Positions 19,109-29,239 of a stretch of 64,000 bases of DNA are shown here, piece after piece. The first letter of the stretch is position 1. Every line of letters begins with the position of its first letter. Where the stretch lies: positions 160,001 to 224,000 of the forward strand of contig JAQBHB010000047.1 in the NCBI GenBank assembly GCA_032128115.1. Direction: 5' to 3'. Position numbers and translations under genes: made by a program. The DNA comes from Deltaproteobacteria bacterium (lineage in GTDB: Bacteria; Myxococcota_A; UBA9160; SMWR01). The notes under the pieces were generated by a model. The model was not told the DNA's origin. It saw nothing but the letters and a program-made list of their open reading frames with translations, and did not search any database.

Positions 19109-19743
19109 CTAACGCCAGGCGAAAACGGGTTGCTCGTAGCTGTGGACCCGCGTTTCGCGGCCCCAGACCGCCACCTCTCTAAGCTGGTAGAGGATGGCCG
19201 CCGTGGGCGCATGGATGTGGGTGCCCAGGAGCGGAATCGAGATGACCGGTCGATCGCTCTCCGGGATCTCCCGCAGCCGCGGAACGTCGGGTCGATCGAG
19301 CTCGCTGAGCGGGATCAGATAGGCGGCCGCCACTTCGTTCGGGTTCGGGACCAGGGGCTCGTCCGAGGCGGCCCACACCACCACCGGCGTGATCCGGTAG
19401 CCCGAGCGGGTGGGGTAGTCATCGAGCACCCCAAGCACCGCAGTGGGTTCGAGGTCCAGGCCCACCTCCTCGGAGAGCTCCCGCAGTGCCGCCTGGGACG
19501 GGCTCTCCCCGAAATCCAGGCGTCCCCCGGGCAGGGCCCACTGGCTCGGATGGGAGCGCAGCTTGGCAGCGCGCCGGGTCAGCACGAAGCACGGCTCGCA
19601 GTGTTCGTTGGCCAGCAGCGCGAGAGTGCCACGGCAGCGTGGCGAAGCTCGCCCTCCGGGTGCTCGAGCCGATCGAAGCGCTTCAGGTTCGTGTGCACCC
19701 GCTGGCGCAGGTCTTCGTCGAAGTGGTGAGCCGGCCCGGACAC
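19109..19743 (-). pseudogene. CoA pyrophosphatase (NudL-like Nudix), frameshifted
   Basis: GTG 19743 gives MSGPAHHFDEDLRQRV...LRHAAVAL, then the frame breaks at GAGAG 19622-19626. The other frame carries LTRRAAKLRSHPSQWALPGG and the Nudix box AALRELSEEVGL. Confidence 0.75.
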
Positions 19744-19810
19744 CGGCGCAGCATATCGCGATCCGGCGCCGGGTGGCGCCCGCGCCGTCGGGCCGCAAGA
19801 CTCGGCCGCC

Positions 19811-20677
19811 GTGCTGGATGCGGAAAGACGAAAGCTCTGGCTCCCGGATCAGGGGGTCGAGATCGCGATTCTCGACTGGGGCGGCGCGGGGCCGCTGGCA
19901 CTTCTGCACCACGCCAACGGGTTCTGCGCCGGGGTCTGGGGTCCCGTGGCCGAGGGGCTGCGTTCGCAATTCCGGGTGGTGGCCATGGACGTGCGGGGCC
20001 ACGGCGATTCCTCGAAGCCCACACCGCCGGCGCCCTACGCGTGGCACCACTTCGCGCGCGACGCCGAGAGCGTGGCCGAGGTCCTGCTGGCGGAGGGCGA
20101 CCGCGACCGCGTCGCTCTGGGTCTGGGGCACTCCTTCGGCGGGTCCGCCCTGCTGGGTGCCGCCGCCTCGCGCCCGGGGCTGTTCGAGCGTCTGGTACTC
20201 CTCGATCCCATCGTGATGCCCCCACCCCCCGTGCCCGGCGGGCCGGTCCGCCCGGTGCGCGGGCACGAGCTGGCCGACGGCGCTCGCAAACGCCGCCAGG
20301 TCTGGCCGGATCGCGAGGCGGCCCGAAGCCGCTGGATCGGCAAACCCATGTTCGAGAACTGGGATCCCCGTGCCTTCGATCTCTACCTCTCCGAGGGAAT
20401 GTGCGATCGGCCGGACGGTCAGGTGGAGCTCAAGTGTTCCGGTGAGGTCGAGGCGAGCATCTTCGAGCAGGGTGGCGACAGCAGGGTCTTCGAGCTGGCC
20501 GCGGACGTTTCCGCCCCCACCCGGATCGTGTGGGCGAAGCATGGCGACTTTCCCCGCCTGCTCTTCGAGCAGCTCGCCGACAGGCTTCCCGAAGGCAGCC
20601 TGAGCGAAGCCGACACAGGGCATCTGGTTCCCATGGAGAAGCCTGCGTGGGTGGTCCGACACGTGCTGGAGGGCTGA
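19811..20677 (+). CDS. Alpha/beta hydrolase
   Basis: HHANGF, DVRGHGDS, GHSFGG nucleophile elbow, GHLVPMEKP. Confidence 0.92.
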   Translation: MLDAERRKLWLPDQGVEIAILDWGGAGPLALLHHANGFCAGVWGPVAEGLRSQFRVVAMDVRGHGDSSKPTPPAPYAWHHFARDAESVAEVLLAEGDRDRVALGLGHSFGGSALLGAAASRPGLFERLVLLDPIVMPPPPVPGGPVRPVRGHELADGARKRRQVWPDREAARSRWIGKPMFENWDPRAFDLYLSEGMCDRPDGQVELKCSGEVEASIFEQGGDSRVFELAADVSAPTRIVWAKHGDFPRLLFEQLADRLPEGSLSEADTGHLVPMEKPAWVVRHVLEG

Positions 20678-20688
20678 CGGACCGGAGT

Positions 20689-21078
20689 TCAGCGCTCCAC
20701 CGGATTGCCGCGCTCGATCCAGCCGGCCCAGCCCGCGGCCATGGACACCACGCTCGTGAATCCCATTTCCTGCAGCGTCTGCGCCGCCAACGCGCTTCGG
20801 TGGCCCCCGCCGCAATAGAGCACGAGCTTGCGCTCGCGATCCTCGAGCCAGGTGTCCCGCTTGGAATGCGCGAGGTCGGCCCGAACCTCGAGAAATCCGC
20901 GCGGGAAGTTGCGCGCGCCTGGAATGCGCCCCGCTGCAAACTCGTCCGGCTCGCGCACGTCGACGAAGAACCATCCCTCGTGGTCGGGCTCGTCCAGAAG
21001 TCGCCGTGCCTCGTCGGGCGAGATCTCCTCGACCCGCTCGAGGGCCGCGCGAACGAAGTCTGCCAGGGAACGGGGCAA
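20689..21078 (-). CDS. Single-domain rhodanese / sulfurtransferase
   Basis: DVREPDEF..GRIPGA, active loop YCGGGHRS, MAAGWAGW; likely TTG start at 21078. Confidence 0.9.
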   Translation of the reverse strand: MPRSLADFVRAALERVEEISPDEARRLLDEPDHEGWFFVDVREPDEFAAGRIPGARNFPRGFLEVRADLAHSKRDTWLEDRERKLVLYCGGGHRSALAAQTLQEMGFTSVVSMAAGWAGWIERGNPVER

Positions 21079-21082
21079 CGGC

Positions 21083-22003
21083 TCAGCCTCCCAGATACAG
21101 TGCGCCAAGGGCCATCACGGCGAACGCCAACACGCAGATCTGGATGGGTCGATCGGTCAGGATGACCTCCTCCGGCTTCTCGCCGAAACTGCCCTGCTCC
21201 ACCAGGAGGTGATAGCGGAACAGGGCGAACAGCACGCAGGGCACCGTCAGCCAGATCAGCGGGGACTGCGACAGTGTTGCCTTGTGGATGTCGAGCACGT
21301 ACAGCGCATAGCTGATCAGGGCCGCCGCCATGGAAGTGGCCGTAAAGGCGTCCAGGCTCGATCGGGTGTAGCGGGCGAGCACCGGGCGTGCGCGTTCGGC
21401 GCCGTCGTTCAGGGCCAGCATCTCCGCCTTGCGTTTCGACAGGGCCAGGAAGAGCGCCAGGAAGAGCGTGCACACGACGAACCAGTCGGAGATCGGTACG
21501 TGGATGGCCAGGGCCCCCGCCACCGCCCGGATCACGAAGCCCGTAGCGATCAACATCACATCCAGGATCACCACGTTCTTTCCGGCGACCGTGTAGAAGT
21601 GGGTCATGGCGATGTACACCACCACCGCCGCGGCAAAGGTGGGGCCGATCCAGATGGCCAGCCCCAGGGCCAGCGTCGTGAGCGCCGTGGCCAGGGTCGT
21701 CGCCACGGCGGGGGAGACGGCGCCCGAGGCGATCGGCCGGGTACGCTTCTCCGGATGCATCCGATCGCGCTCGGCGTCGAGCAGATCGTTCACCACGTAG
21801 ACCGAGGCGGACGCCAGACAGAAGCCGACGAAGGCCAAGCCGGCGAGGGTCAGGGCCTCCACGTCGAAGAGCTTCTTGGCGAATATCAGAGCCGCGAAGA
21901 GCAGGACGTTCTTGGTCCACTGCTTCGGGCGCATCAGACGCAACAGAGCCAGCGGCATCGCAGCGGTGGCGTGTGCGCCGCCGTGTGTGGGGATCTCCGG
22001 CAC
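21083..22003 (-). CDS. Decaprenyl-phosphate phosphoribosyltransferase-like UbiA family protein
   Basis: RPKQWTKN, YVVNDLLDAERDRMHPEKRTRPIASG, KRKAE. Confidence 0.88.
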   Translation of the reverse strand: MPEIPTHGGAHATAAMPLALLRLMRPKQWTKNVLLFAALIFAKKLFDVEALTLAGLAFVGFCLASASVYVVNDLLDAERDRMHPEKRTRPIASGAVSPAVATTLATALTTLALGLAIWIGPTFAAAVVVYIAMTHFYTVAGKNVVILDVMLIATGFVIRAVAGALAIHVPISDWFVVCTLFLALFLALSKRKAEMLALNDGAERARPVLARYTRSSLDAFTATSMAAALISYALYVLDIHKATLSQSPLIWLTVPCVLFALFRYHLLVEQGSFGEKPEEVILTDRPIQICVLAFAVMALGALYLGG

Positions 22004-22106
22004 CCTTCCTCCCGGCGCGTGATTCTACTCGATGGGGCCGAATTCACGCAGCGCCGGGGAGGGCCTCGCGATATATTTGCCGCGAACAAACCGGGGCCAC
22101 CGCATC

Positions 22107-22433
22107 GTGGAACATCCCACAGCCATCCGACCCGAGGAGTTCGCGGTCTTCGACGCGAAGAAGATGGGCAAGGCCACGCTCTTCCGATCGGATCGTCTCA
22201 TGGTGGGCCTGAACGCTTTCGAGGCGGGCCAGGAGCACGACCTCCATGCCCACGAGGGAATGGACAAGGTCTACCATGTGCTCAGCGGACGGGGTGTCTT
22301 CCTGCTCGACGACCGCGAGTTGCCCATGGAGGCGGGGCTGATGCTGGTGGCTCCAGCGGGTGTCGCCCACGGCATCCGCAACAGCGGCGAGGAGCGACTG
22401 GTGGTGCTGGCGGTTCTGGCACCTTCGCCCTGA
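22107..22433 (+). CDS. Cupin domain protein
   Basis: HAHEGMDKVYHVLSGRG and PAGVAHGIRN; likely GTG start 22107. Confidence 0.85.
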   Translation: MEHPTAIRPEEFAVFDAKKMGKATLFRSDRLMVGLNAFEAGQEHDLHAHEGMDKVYHVLSGRGVFLLDDRELPMEAGLMLVAPAGVAHGIRNSGEERLVVLAVLAPSP

Positions 22434-22490
22434 ATCGCACGCTGCGCCCCACCCTGAACTGGACCCCGAACGGAAGCGGAGGCGACACCG

Positions 22491-23099
22491 ATGATCCGAC
22501 TCTATACGGCAGCAACGCCCAACGGTCGCAAGGCTTCGATCGCCCTCGAGGAGATCGGGGTTCCCTACGAAGTGACCCGGGTGGACATCAACGCCGACGA
22601 TCACCCCACCGACGACTTTCTGGCGCTGACGCCCAACCACAAGATCCCGGTGCTCGACGACGACGGCCTGGTGATCTGGGAGTCGGGCGCCATCCTGCTC
22701 TACCTGGCGGAAAAGCACGGCAAGCTGCTGCCCGCGGATCCCGCGCGGCGGATCGAGGCCATCCAGCACTGCTTCTTCCAGACCGGAGGCCTGGGTCCCA
22801 ACCTGGGTCGTCTGGCCGCCCAGCTGCGACGGCCGGCCGACGAGCGGAACGCTGAAATGGTCGACATCTTCAGCCAGGAGGTGGAGCGGCTGCTGGGCGC
22901 CCTGGGCCGCACCCTGGCCGACGGCCGACCCTTCCTGGCCGGGGACTACTCGATCGGCGACATCATGAACTACGGCTGGCTTGCCCCGGTCTACGGCCTG
23001 AAAGCGCCCATGCTGATGGCCCTGCCGCGGGTCGTCTCCTGGGTCGAGCGCATCGCTGAGCGCCCGGCAGTGCAGCGTGGCATGGCGGTTCCCGTCTAG
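22491..23099 (+). CDS. Glutathione S-transferase (YfcG/Nu-like)
   Basis: TPNGRK, PNHKIPVL, WESGAILLYLAEK, YSIGDI, RPAVQRG. Confidence 0.92.
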   Translation: MIRLYTAATPNGRKASIALEEIGVPYEVTRVDINADDHPTDDFLALTPNHKIPVLDDDGLVIWESGAILLYLAEKHGKLLPADPARRIEAIQHCFFQTGGLGPNLGRLAAQLRRPADERNAEMVDIFSQEVERLLGALGRTLADGRPFLAGDYSIGDIMNYGWLAPVYGLKAPMLMALPRVVSWVERIAERPAVQRGMAVPV

Positions 23100-23223
23100 C
23101 CTGCTGACCTGCGCTCGGCTGTGCTTCCCTACACGCGGGCCTGGGTCCCGCTTGCGTTTCCCCTTGAGGCTCAGTCGAGCGTAGCCGATGGGCTATATTG
23201 GAAACCCGGCGTCTCGAGCCCTA

Positions 23224-23282
23224 TCGGTGGGCGCTCCCACCGACCCACGGACTCATGGACTCACGGACCCACGGAGTATGGA
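23224..23282 (+). promoter_or_regulatory. sucA leader: 8-bp hairpin followed by 8-mer repeats containing five ANGGA motifs
   Basis: TCGGTGGG-CGCT-CCCACCGA (23224-23243); GACYCAYG x4 (23242-23273); ANGGA at 23247, 23255, 23263, 23271, 23278. Confidence 0.6.
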
Positions 23283-23298
23283 CAGCGAAGAGGCAGGC

Positions 23299-26139
23299 AT
23301 GAACCGCGAGGGGAAACCAGCGCCCTCCGCCATTTCCCTCGAGCCGGACGCCTCGGCGGACACCGTCTCTACGGAGCTTGCGGGCTTCGGCGTCAACGCG
23401 GCGCTCGCGGACGAGATCCGCCAGCGCTACGAGGCCGATCCGTCCTCCGTGCACAGCAGCTGGGCCGAGCTGTTTGGAACTCCCGCCACGGCAGCGCCCT
23501 CGGGCGTCTCCCGGATTGCGGCCGACGCACCCCCCAAGGTCGATTTTTCGCTTCAGGCGGCCGATCGCCACGCCCGGGTCCTGCGCTTGATCCATGCCTT
23601 CCGCGCCCGGGGCCACCGGATCGCCGACACCGATCCCCTGGGTGGCCGAAGCGTCTACTTCCCAGAGCTCGATCCCGCCCACTACGGTCTGGGCGACGAG
23701 GATCTGGATCGTTCCTACGCCTCGGGGGATCTGCCGGGCGAGCCCATCCAGACCCTGCGCCAGATCCTGGAGCTGCTGCGCGCCACCTATTGCGGGAAGA
23801 TCGGCGTCGAATTCACCCACGTTCAGGATCCCGGCCGCAAGCTGTGGCTCCAGCAGCAGTTGGAACGGTCGCGCAACCAGCCGATGCTCGATCCGTCCGA
23901 GCGCCTGGCCATCCTCGAGAAGCTCTCCGCCGCCGAGCTCTTCGAGCGCTTTCTCCACACCAAGTTTCTGGGGCAGAAGCGCTTCTCCCTGGAGGGCGCG
24001 GAGTCGTTGATCCCGCTGCTCGAGGTCTGGGTGCAGAGCGCGCCGTCCCACGGCGTGGTAGAGCTGGTGATCGGGATGGCTCACCGGGGCCGCCTGAATG
24101 TGCTCTCCAACATCCTGAACAAATCGCTCGGGTCGCTCTTCTCCGAGTTCGAAGACAACCCGCTGATCAACAGTCCCTTCGGCTCGGGCGACGTGAAATA
24201 CCACAAGGGCTACTCCAACGATCGCCGCGTTGCGGGCGGTGCCAATGTTCACCTGTCCCTGACCGCCAATCCCTCCCATCTGGAGGCCGTCAACCCCGTG
24301 GTGGAGGGGCGCGTTCGCGCCAAGCAGACGCGCGCCGGCGATCTGCACGGGCGCGCCATCGTGCCGGTCCTGATCCACGGGGATGCCGCATTCGCGGGAC
24401 AGGGAATCGTGGGCGAAACCCTGAACCTGTCGAACCTGACTGGCTACTCCACGGGCGGCACCCTGCACGTGGTGGTGAACAACCAGATCGGGTTCACCAC
24501 GACGCCGGCGGAGGCCCGTTCGACCCTGTACGCCACCGACGTGGCCAAGATGATCCAGGTGCCGATCTTCCACGTGAACGGCGACGATCCGGAGGCGGTC
24601 GTCCACTGCGCCAAGCTCGCCCTGAACTACCGCCAGCGCTTTGGCGAGGACGTGGTCATCGACATGCTCTGCTACCGACGGCAGGGCCACAACGAGGGCG
24701 ACGAGCCGAGCTTCACCCAGCCCCTGCTGTACGAGAAGATCCGCGCCCGGCCGCCGGTGCGGAAGATCTACACCGACAGTCTCCGCGACCGGGGCATCCT
24801 GCAGGATGGCGATGTGGAGCGAATCGAGAGAGATCTGACGTCCCAGCTGCGCCGGGCCCTCAGTGGAATCGAGACACGTCCGCCGAGTCCCGATGAGCCG
24901 TACGAGCCGCGCGGCCCATGGGCCGGATACGAGCGCCTCGCGCCGGAGGAGGAGCCGGAAACCGCGGTGTCCATCGAGCAGCTGGCGCAACTTTCCGAGC
25001 GCATCGCGAGCCTGCCCGCGGGCTTTCCGGCGCACCCGAAGCTCAGGTCGCTGCTGGAGAAACGCCAGAAGGTCGTGGCGGAGAACAACCCGGTCGACTG
25101 GGGCATGGCCGAGGCCCTGGCCTTTGCGACCCTGCTGGTCGAGGGCTTCTCGGTGCGACTGTCGGGTCAGGACAGCGTTCGCGGGACCTTCAGTCACCGC
25201 CACGCGGCCATCGTCGATCAGGAGACCGGTGAGGAGTACGTGCCCCTGGCCCACCTGACTCCCAACCAGGCGCGATTCGAAGCCTATGACAGCCTGCTGT
25301 CGGAAGCTGCAGTGCTTGGCTTCGAGTACGGCTACAGCCTGGCCGAGCCCTCCACGCTCACCGTCTGGGAAGCCCAGTTCGGCGACTTCGCGAACGGCGC
25401 CCAGGTGATCATCGACCAGTTCATCACGTCCGCCCACGACAAGTGGCAGCGGATGAGTGGTCTCGTGATGCTGCTGCCCCACGGTTACGAGGGCCAGGGG
25501 CCCGAGCACTCGAGCGCCCGCATCGAGCGGTTCCTGCAGTCCTGCGCCGATGACAACCTCCAGGTCGTCAACTGCACCACGCCAGCCCAGTACTTCCACG
25601 TGCTGCGGCGACAGATGAAGCGGAGCTACCGGGCGCCGTTGGTGATCTTCGCGCCGAAAAGCCTGCTGCGACTTCCGCGCGCGGCGTCGTTGCCCGAAGA
25701 CTTCGCCCGCGGTCGCTTCCTGGCGGTGATCGAGGACGAGCGCGCTGCCGCCGCACCGGACCGGGTGCGACGGGTGGTCCTGTGCAGCGGCAAGCTCTAC
25801 TACGACCTGCTTGCCGAGCGCGAGAAGCGCGGGTCCGGGTTCGAGGAACAGGTGGCATTGATTCGTGTGGAGCAGCTGTATCCCTGGCCGGATCGGGAGA
25901 TTTCCCGCTTGGTGCGCGCATTTCCCGAGGCCGAGTGCGTTACGTGGGCCCAGGAAGAGCCGGCGAACATGGGCGCCTGGACGTTCGTTCGCGAACGCCT
26001 GCAAGATCTCCTTGGGCCCGCCCAGAAGGTGGCCTACGCGGGACGCCGTGCCAGCGCCAGTCCCGCGGTCGGATCCATGGGCATTCACAAGCAGGAGCAG
26101 GCTGCGCTCATCGATACTGCATTCGCCGGGCTTTCCTGA
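23299..26139 (+). CDS. sucA: 2-oxoglutarate dehydrogenase E1 component
   Basis: KRFSLEG, GMAHRGRLN, GDVKYH, NPSHLE, HGDAAF, RGTFSHRH, WEAQFGDF, PHGYEGQGPEHSSAR. Alternative start 23278. Confidence 0.98.
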   Translation: MNREGKPAPSAISLEPDASADTVSTELAGFGVNAALADEIRQRYEADPSSVHSSWAELFGTPATAAPSGVSRIAADAPPKVDFSLQAADRHARVLRLIHAFRARGHRIADTDPLGGRSVYFPELDPAHYGLGDEDLDRSYASGDLPGEPIQTLRQILELLRATYCGKIGVEFTHVQDPGRKLWLQQQLERSRNQPMLDPSERLAILEKLSAAELFERFLHTKFLGQKRFSLEGAESLIPLLEVWVQSAPSHGVVELVIGMAHRGRLNVLSNILNKSLGSLFSEFEDNPLINSPFGSGDVKYHKGYSNDRRVAGGANVHLSLTANPSHLEAVNPVVEGRVRAKQTRAGDLHGRAIVPVLIHGDAAFAGQGIVGETLNLSNLTGYSTGGTLHVVVNNQIGFTTTPAEARSTLYATDVAKMIQVPIFHVNGDDPEAVVHCAKLALNYRQRFGEDVVIDMLCYRRQGHNEGDEPSFTQPLLYEKIRARPPVRKIYTDSLRDRGILQDGDVERIERDLTSQLRRALSGIETRPPSPDEPYEPRGPWAGYERLAPEEEPETAVSIEQLAQLSERIASLPAGFPAHPKLRSLLEKRQKVVAENNPVDWGMAEALAFATLLVEGFSVRLSGQDSVRGTFSHRHAAIVDQETGEEYVPLAHLTPNQARFEAYDSLLSEAAVLGFEYGYSLAEPSTLTVWEAQFGDFANGAQVIIDQFITSAHDKWQRMSGLVMLLPHGYEGQGPEHSSARIERFLQSCADDNLQVVNCTTPAQYFHVLRRQMKRSYRAPLVIFAPKSLLRLPRAASLPEDFARGRFLAVIEDERAAAAPDRVRRVVLCSGKLYYDLLAEREKRGSGFEEQVALIRVEQLYPWPDREISRLVRAFPEAECVTWAQEEPANMGAWTFVRERLQDLLGPAQKVAYAGRRASASPAVGSMGIHKQEQAALIDTAFAGLS

Positions 26140-26167
26140 TCGCGGCCGCCGGAGACTCCTCGTCACG

Positions 26168-27772
26168 CTGAACCGACCCCCCCTCGTCCGTGCGCTCGCC
26201 GTCGCGCTGGCCGCGTGTGCCCTGCTGGCGTCGTGCAGCGGGCGCACTCCGGCGCCGATTCCCGCGCCGGTTCCCCCGACGCCAATCGCGCCGGCCGAGG
26301 CGACCCGGACTGAGGACCCCTCGTCGGAACTGGTGCGACTCGGAGACGAGGCCCTGCGGCGCGGCGAGTGGGATCTGGCGCGCCAGCGATTCGAGCGCGC
26401 TTTCCGGGCCGCCCCGGGTTCGCCAGAGGGTCCGGCGGGACTCGCGCGCGTGGCGCTGGCCCGCGATAACCCCGTCGAAGCGCGCCGGTATCTCCAGGTG
26501 GCGTTGGAACGCGATCCGGCGCATACGGATGCGCTGGTGGACCTCGCCCGGCTCGAAGCGGAAGAGGGCAGCCGGGAGGCCGCCATCGCCCTGTTGCAGC
26601 GGGCCATCCAGGCAGAACCCGGCCGGCCGGATGCCCACGAGATGCTCTTCGACCTCACAGGACTCGCGCCGCGAAGCGCCGCGCCTACGGGCGAACGCGC
26701 TGTGACACTGGCGGACGCACATCCCTACGACCCCCGGGCCCTGTACTGGGCTGCGCAAGCCCGCCTCCAGATGGGCCAACCCGCCATCGCCCGGGAACTC
26801 CTGGAACGCGCCATCTGGTTGGCCGATTTGGACGAGGAATCGGCGGGGAAAGCCCTGGCGCGGATCGGCGCCCTGGACCCGAGTTGGAAAGAGCGCCTGG
26901 TGGTGCCCGTCCACGTATTTGCCGACGAAAGTGTGCGGGCCCACCCGGGGTGGCGCTTTCGAATGCGCATCCTCTGGGTGGCCATGTCCCACTCGCTGGA
27001 CTGGATTCTGGGGGTCCGTTTCATCCCCGTCTCGATCCAGGCCTTCTCCTCGGGGCAAGGCCCGGGGAACCTGGATCGGATCGATGCGAAGTTCGAGCGC
27101 CAGATCGCCGGCGATCGGCGCAAGGGAATCTTCGCGGCATTCACCGAGCGGCCGAAGCCCTCCCGTCGTGTCTGGAAGATGGGACTGGCCCGGTTCCTGG
27201 GGCGCCAGTTGACCGTTCGCCTGGAGCCCGGCGAGGTTCAGAGCCGTCCGCTGGCCCACGAGCTCCTGCATCTCTACGGCGGCATCCACGTGGTGGAGGA
27301 TGTGGATTCCCTCATGAACCCAAGTGGGGAGTCCATGAATCTCGACCGGGGCAGCCTGGGGATCGTGCAGGCCATGCGAACGCGCAGGTTCGACACGAGC
27401 AACATCGAATTGGACGTACTGAGCCGGATCGATGTGCCCAAGGCCATCGACGCCTACGAGGCGGCCCTGCTGGTGAACCTGGCCTACCGACGACTGGGGC
27501 TCCAGGAGGCGCGAACCGCTGCCAGGAATTCGCGAGCTTCCGGCGCCCGGAAGCTGCGCCAGACCCAGGAGCTGGATCCGCACATGGCCGACGTGTTGAT
27601 CGCCGTCTCCGCGTTGCTACGCAGGGACGGACGGCCCGCCGAGTCCCTGCCCTTGATGGAGGCGGCCGCGGAACTCTACGGCGCCGGCACCCCGCGCCAG
27701 CGCGAGGTCCGCCGCGAGGCGCGTCAGCTTCGGGAACACCTGATGCGAGCGTACGGCGTGGGTGGGGATTGA
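26168..27772 (+). CDS. TPR-containing lipoprotein with metzincin-type zinc protease motif
   Basis: Lipobox LLASC, TPR-like repeats, HELLHLYGGIH plus Met-turn SLMNP. No ATG/GTG/TTG between the sucA stop and the signal peptide; CTG 26168 assumed. Confidence 0.7.
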   Translation: MNRPPLVRALAVALAACALLASCSGRTPAPIPAPVPPTPIAPAEATRTEDPSSELVRLGDEALRRGEWDLARQRFERAFRAAPGSPEGPAGLARVALARDNPVEARRYLQVALERDPAHTDALVDLARLEAEEGSREAAIALLQRAIQAEPGRPDAHEMLFDLTGLAPRSAAPTGERAVTLADAHPYDPRALYWAAQARLQMGQPAIARELLERAIWLADLDEESAGKALARIGALDPSWKERLVVPVHVFADESVRAHPGWRFRMRILWVAMSHSLDWILGVRFIPVSIQAFSSGQGPGNLDRIDAKFERQIAGDRRKGIFAAFTERPKPSRRVWKMGLARFLGRQLTVRLEPGEVQSRPLAHELLHLYGGIHVVEDVDSLMNPSGESMNLDRGSLGIVQAMRTRRFDTSNIELDVLSRIDVPKAIDAYEAALLVNLAYRRLGLQEARTAARNSRASGARKLRQTQELDPHMADVLIAVSALLRRDGRPAESLPLMEAAAELYGAGTPRQREVRREARQLREHLMRAYGVGGD

Positions 27773-27784
27773 CGCTGCGGGCGA

Positions 27785-29089
27785 TCAGTCGCCCGCGTTC
27801 TCCCAGCCATCTGCCAGCAGCGAAGCCACGATCTCGCGGGACCGATGTCCCCAGATGGGATGGGGCTCGAGGGCCCGCTCGTCCGCCAGCTGATTCGCGG
27901 CGACCACGGGGTTCTCGGCCGACGCGAGCACCCGCTTGACCGTAGCGTGAATGCCTCCGTTCCATTCGGGATCCAGGTGGCGTCGCACCCGGGGATCGTC
28001 GCCCACGTAGCCATACTGTTCGTTGGCGCACTGCACGATCCCCATGCGGTTGGCCACGAAGTCGGGAACGTAGGTGATGTTGCGATCGGCCAGCGCCCGC
28101 GCGTCACGCTCTTCGTCCACCAGCTGGTTGTTGGCCGCGCCGCAGACGATGGCAGCGCGAATACCCGGGATGGTCTTGGGTCCCAGCACTCCGCCCAACG
28201 CATTGGGCGCCAGGATGTCGCAGGGCTCGGCCAGGATGCTGTCATCGCCGGGTCGTGCGTCGCGCACTTCGACCGGCCGATCTTCGAAGCTGTTCTTCAG
28301 GGCACTGCGCTGATCCGGACAGATCTCGCTCACCGCGACGCGCGCCACATCCCGTTCGAGGAGTAGAGCAATCATGGACGAGCCCACGTTGCCGGCGCCC
28401 TGCATCGCGATCGTCGCGCCGGCCAGGGTCCCCCGTCCGGTGGCCTCCAATGCCGCCTCCATGGCGCAGACGACGCCCGCTGCGGTGGCGGGCGACGGAT
28501 TCCCGGCGCCGCCCACTTCGCGGGGAATGCTTGTCGCGAATCGCGTGGTTCGAAACACCTGGGCCATGTCCCACGGTGCGGTTCCCGCGTCTTCGGCGGT
28601 CACGTAGCAGCCGCGAAGCGAACTCACGAAGGCGCCGTATTCCCGGTACAGCACGGCCCGATGGTCCGGGTCGCGGAAGGCCTCGCCGGGCTCGCGGGCG
28701 ATCAAGCCCTTGCCGCCTCCCCACCACAGTCCGGCTAGGGCGCACTTGCGTGTCATCGCCTGCGACAGGCGCAGGCCGTCGCGGATCAGGTCGCCCATGC
28801 ACTCGTAGGGCCAGTGGCGCAGTCCTCCCTGGGCCTGTCCGCGCACGCTCTGGTGGACGAACGCGCTCATCAACGCGCCGCTCTCGCGCCCGACCTGGAA
28901 GAACACGGCCTCGTGTGCGGCGCATGCGGGCGTGCCCACAGCCAGGAACCCGGCGAGCTCCTCGAGGATCGGGTGGGAGGCCCGGTAGCGGCCCCCACCG
29001 GGCTCGAATACCAGGTAACCGCGGCCGCACCCCTGCGCTCGAAGGGTCGTCGCGAACTGCACCGGACTCTGCTCCACCAGCCGTCGCAT
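27785..29089 (-). CDS. Glu/Leu/Phe/Val dehydrogenase family
   Basis: AMTRK, GGGKG, AEDAG, QGAGNVG, GAANNQL, PDFVAN. Confidence 0.9.
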   Translation of the reverse strand: MRRLVEQSPVQFATTLRAQGCGRGYLVFEPGGGRYRASHPILEELAGFLAVGTPACAAHEAVFFQVGRESGALMSAFVHQSVRGQAQGGLRHWPYECMGDLIRDGLRLSQAMTRKCALAGLWWGGGKGLIAREPGEAFRDPDHRAVLYREYGAFVSSLRGCYVTAEDAGTAPWDMAQVFRTTRFATSIPREVGGAGNPSPATAAGVVCAMEAALEATGRGTLAGATIAMQGAGNVGSSMIALLLERDVARVAVSEICPDQRSALKNSFEDRPVEVRDARPGDDSILAEPCDILAPNALGGVLGPKTIPGIRAAIVCGAANNQLVDEERDARALADRNITYVPDFVANRMGIVQCANEQYGYVGDDPRVRRHLDPEWNGGIHATVKRVLASAENPVVAANQLADERALEPHPIWGHRSREIVASLLADGWENAGD

Positions 29090-29239
29090 GAGAGACGAAC
29101 TCCTCCGCCGACCCTATCCGTCGGTGAAACCGGCTGCTCGCTGAACCCCGGGGAAGGCGGATTTCCCGTGCGGTGCGGCCGTGTGGGCTGCGGTTATAAT
29201 GGCGCGCCAACGATACGCAATGCCCGCGAGGAGCCCTGC

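Noticed and set aside
19109..20974. 621-aa ORF suggesting a large Nudix fusion
   Set aside because: The N-terminal part is the antisense of the alpha/beta hydrolase; the real N-terminus is in another frame from GTG 19743.
23221..26658. 1145-aa antisense ORF over sucA
   Set aside because: Typical antisense shadow caused by GC3 codon bias.
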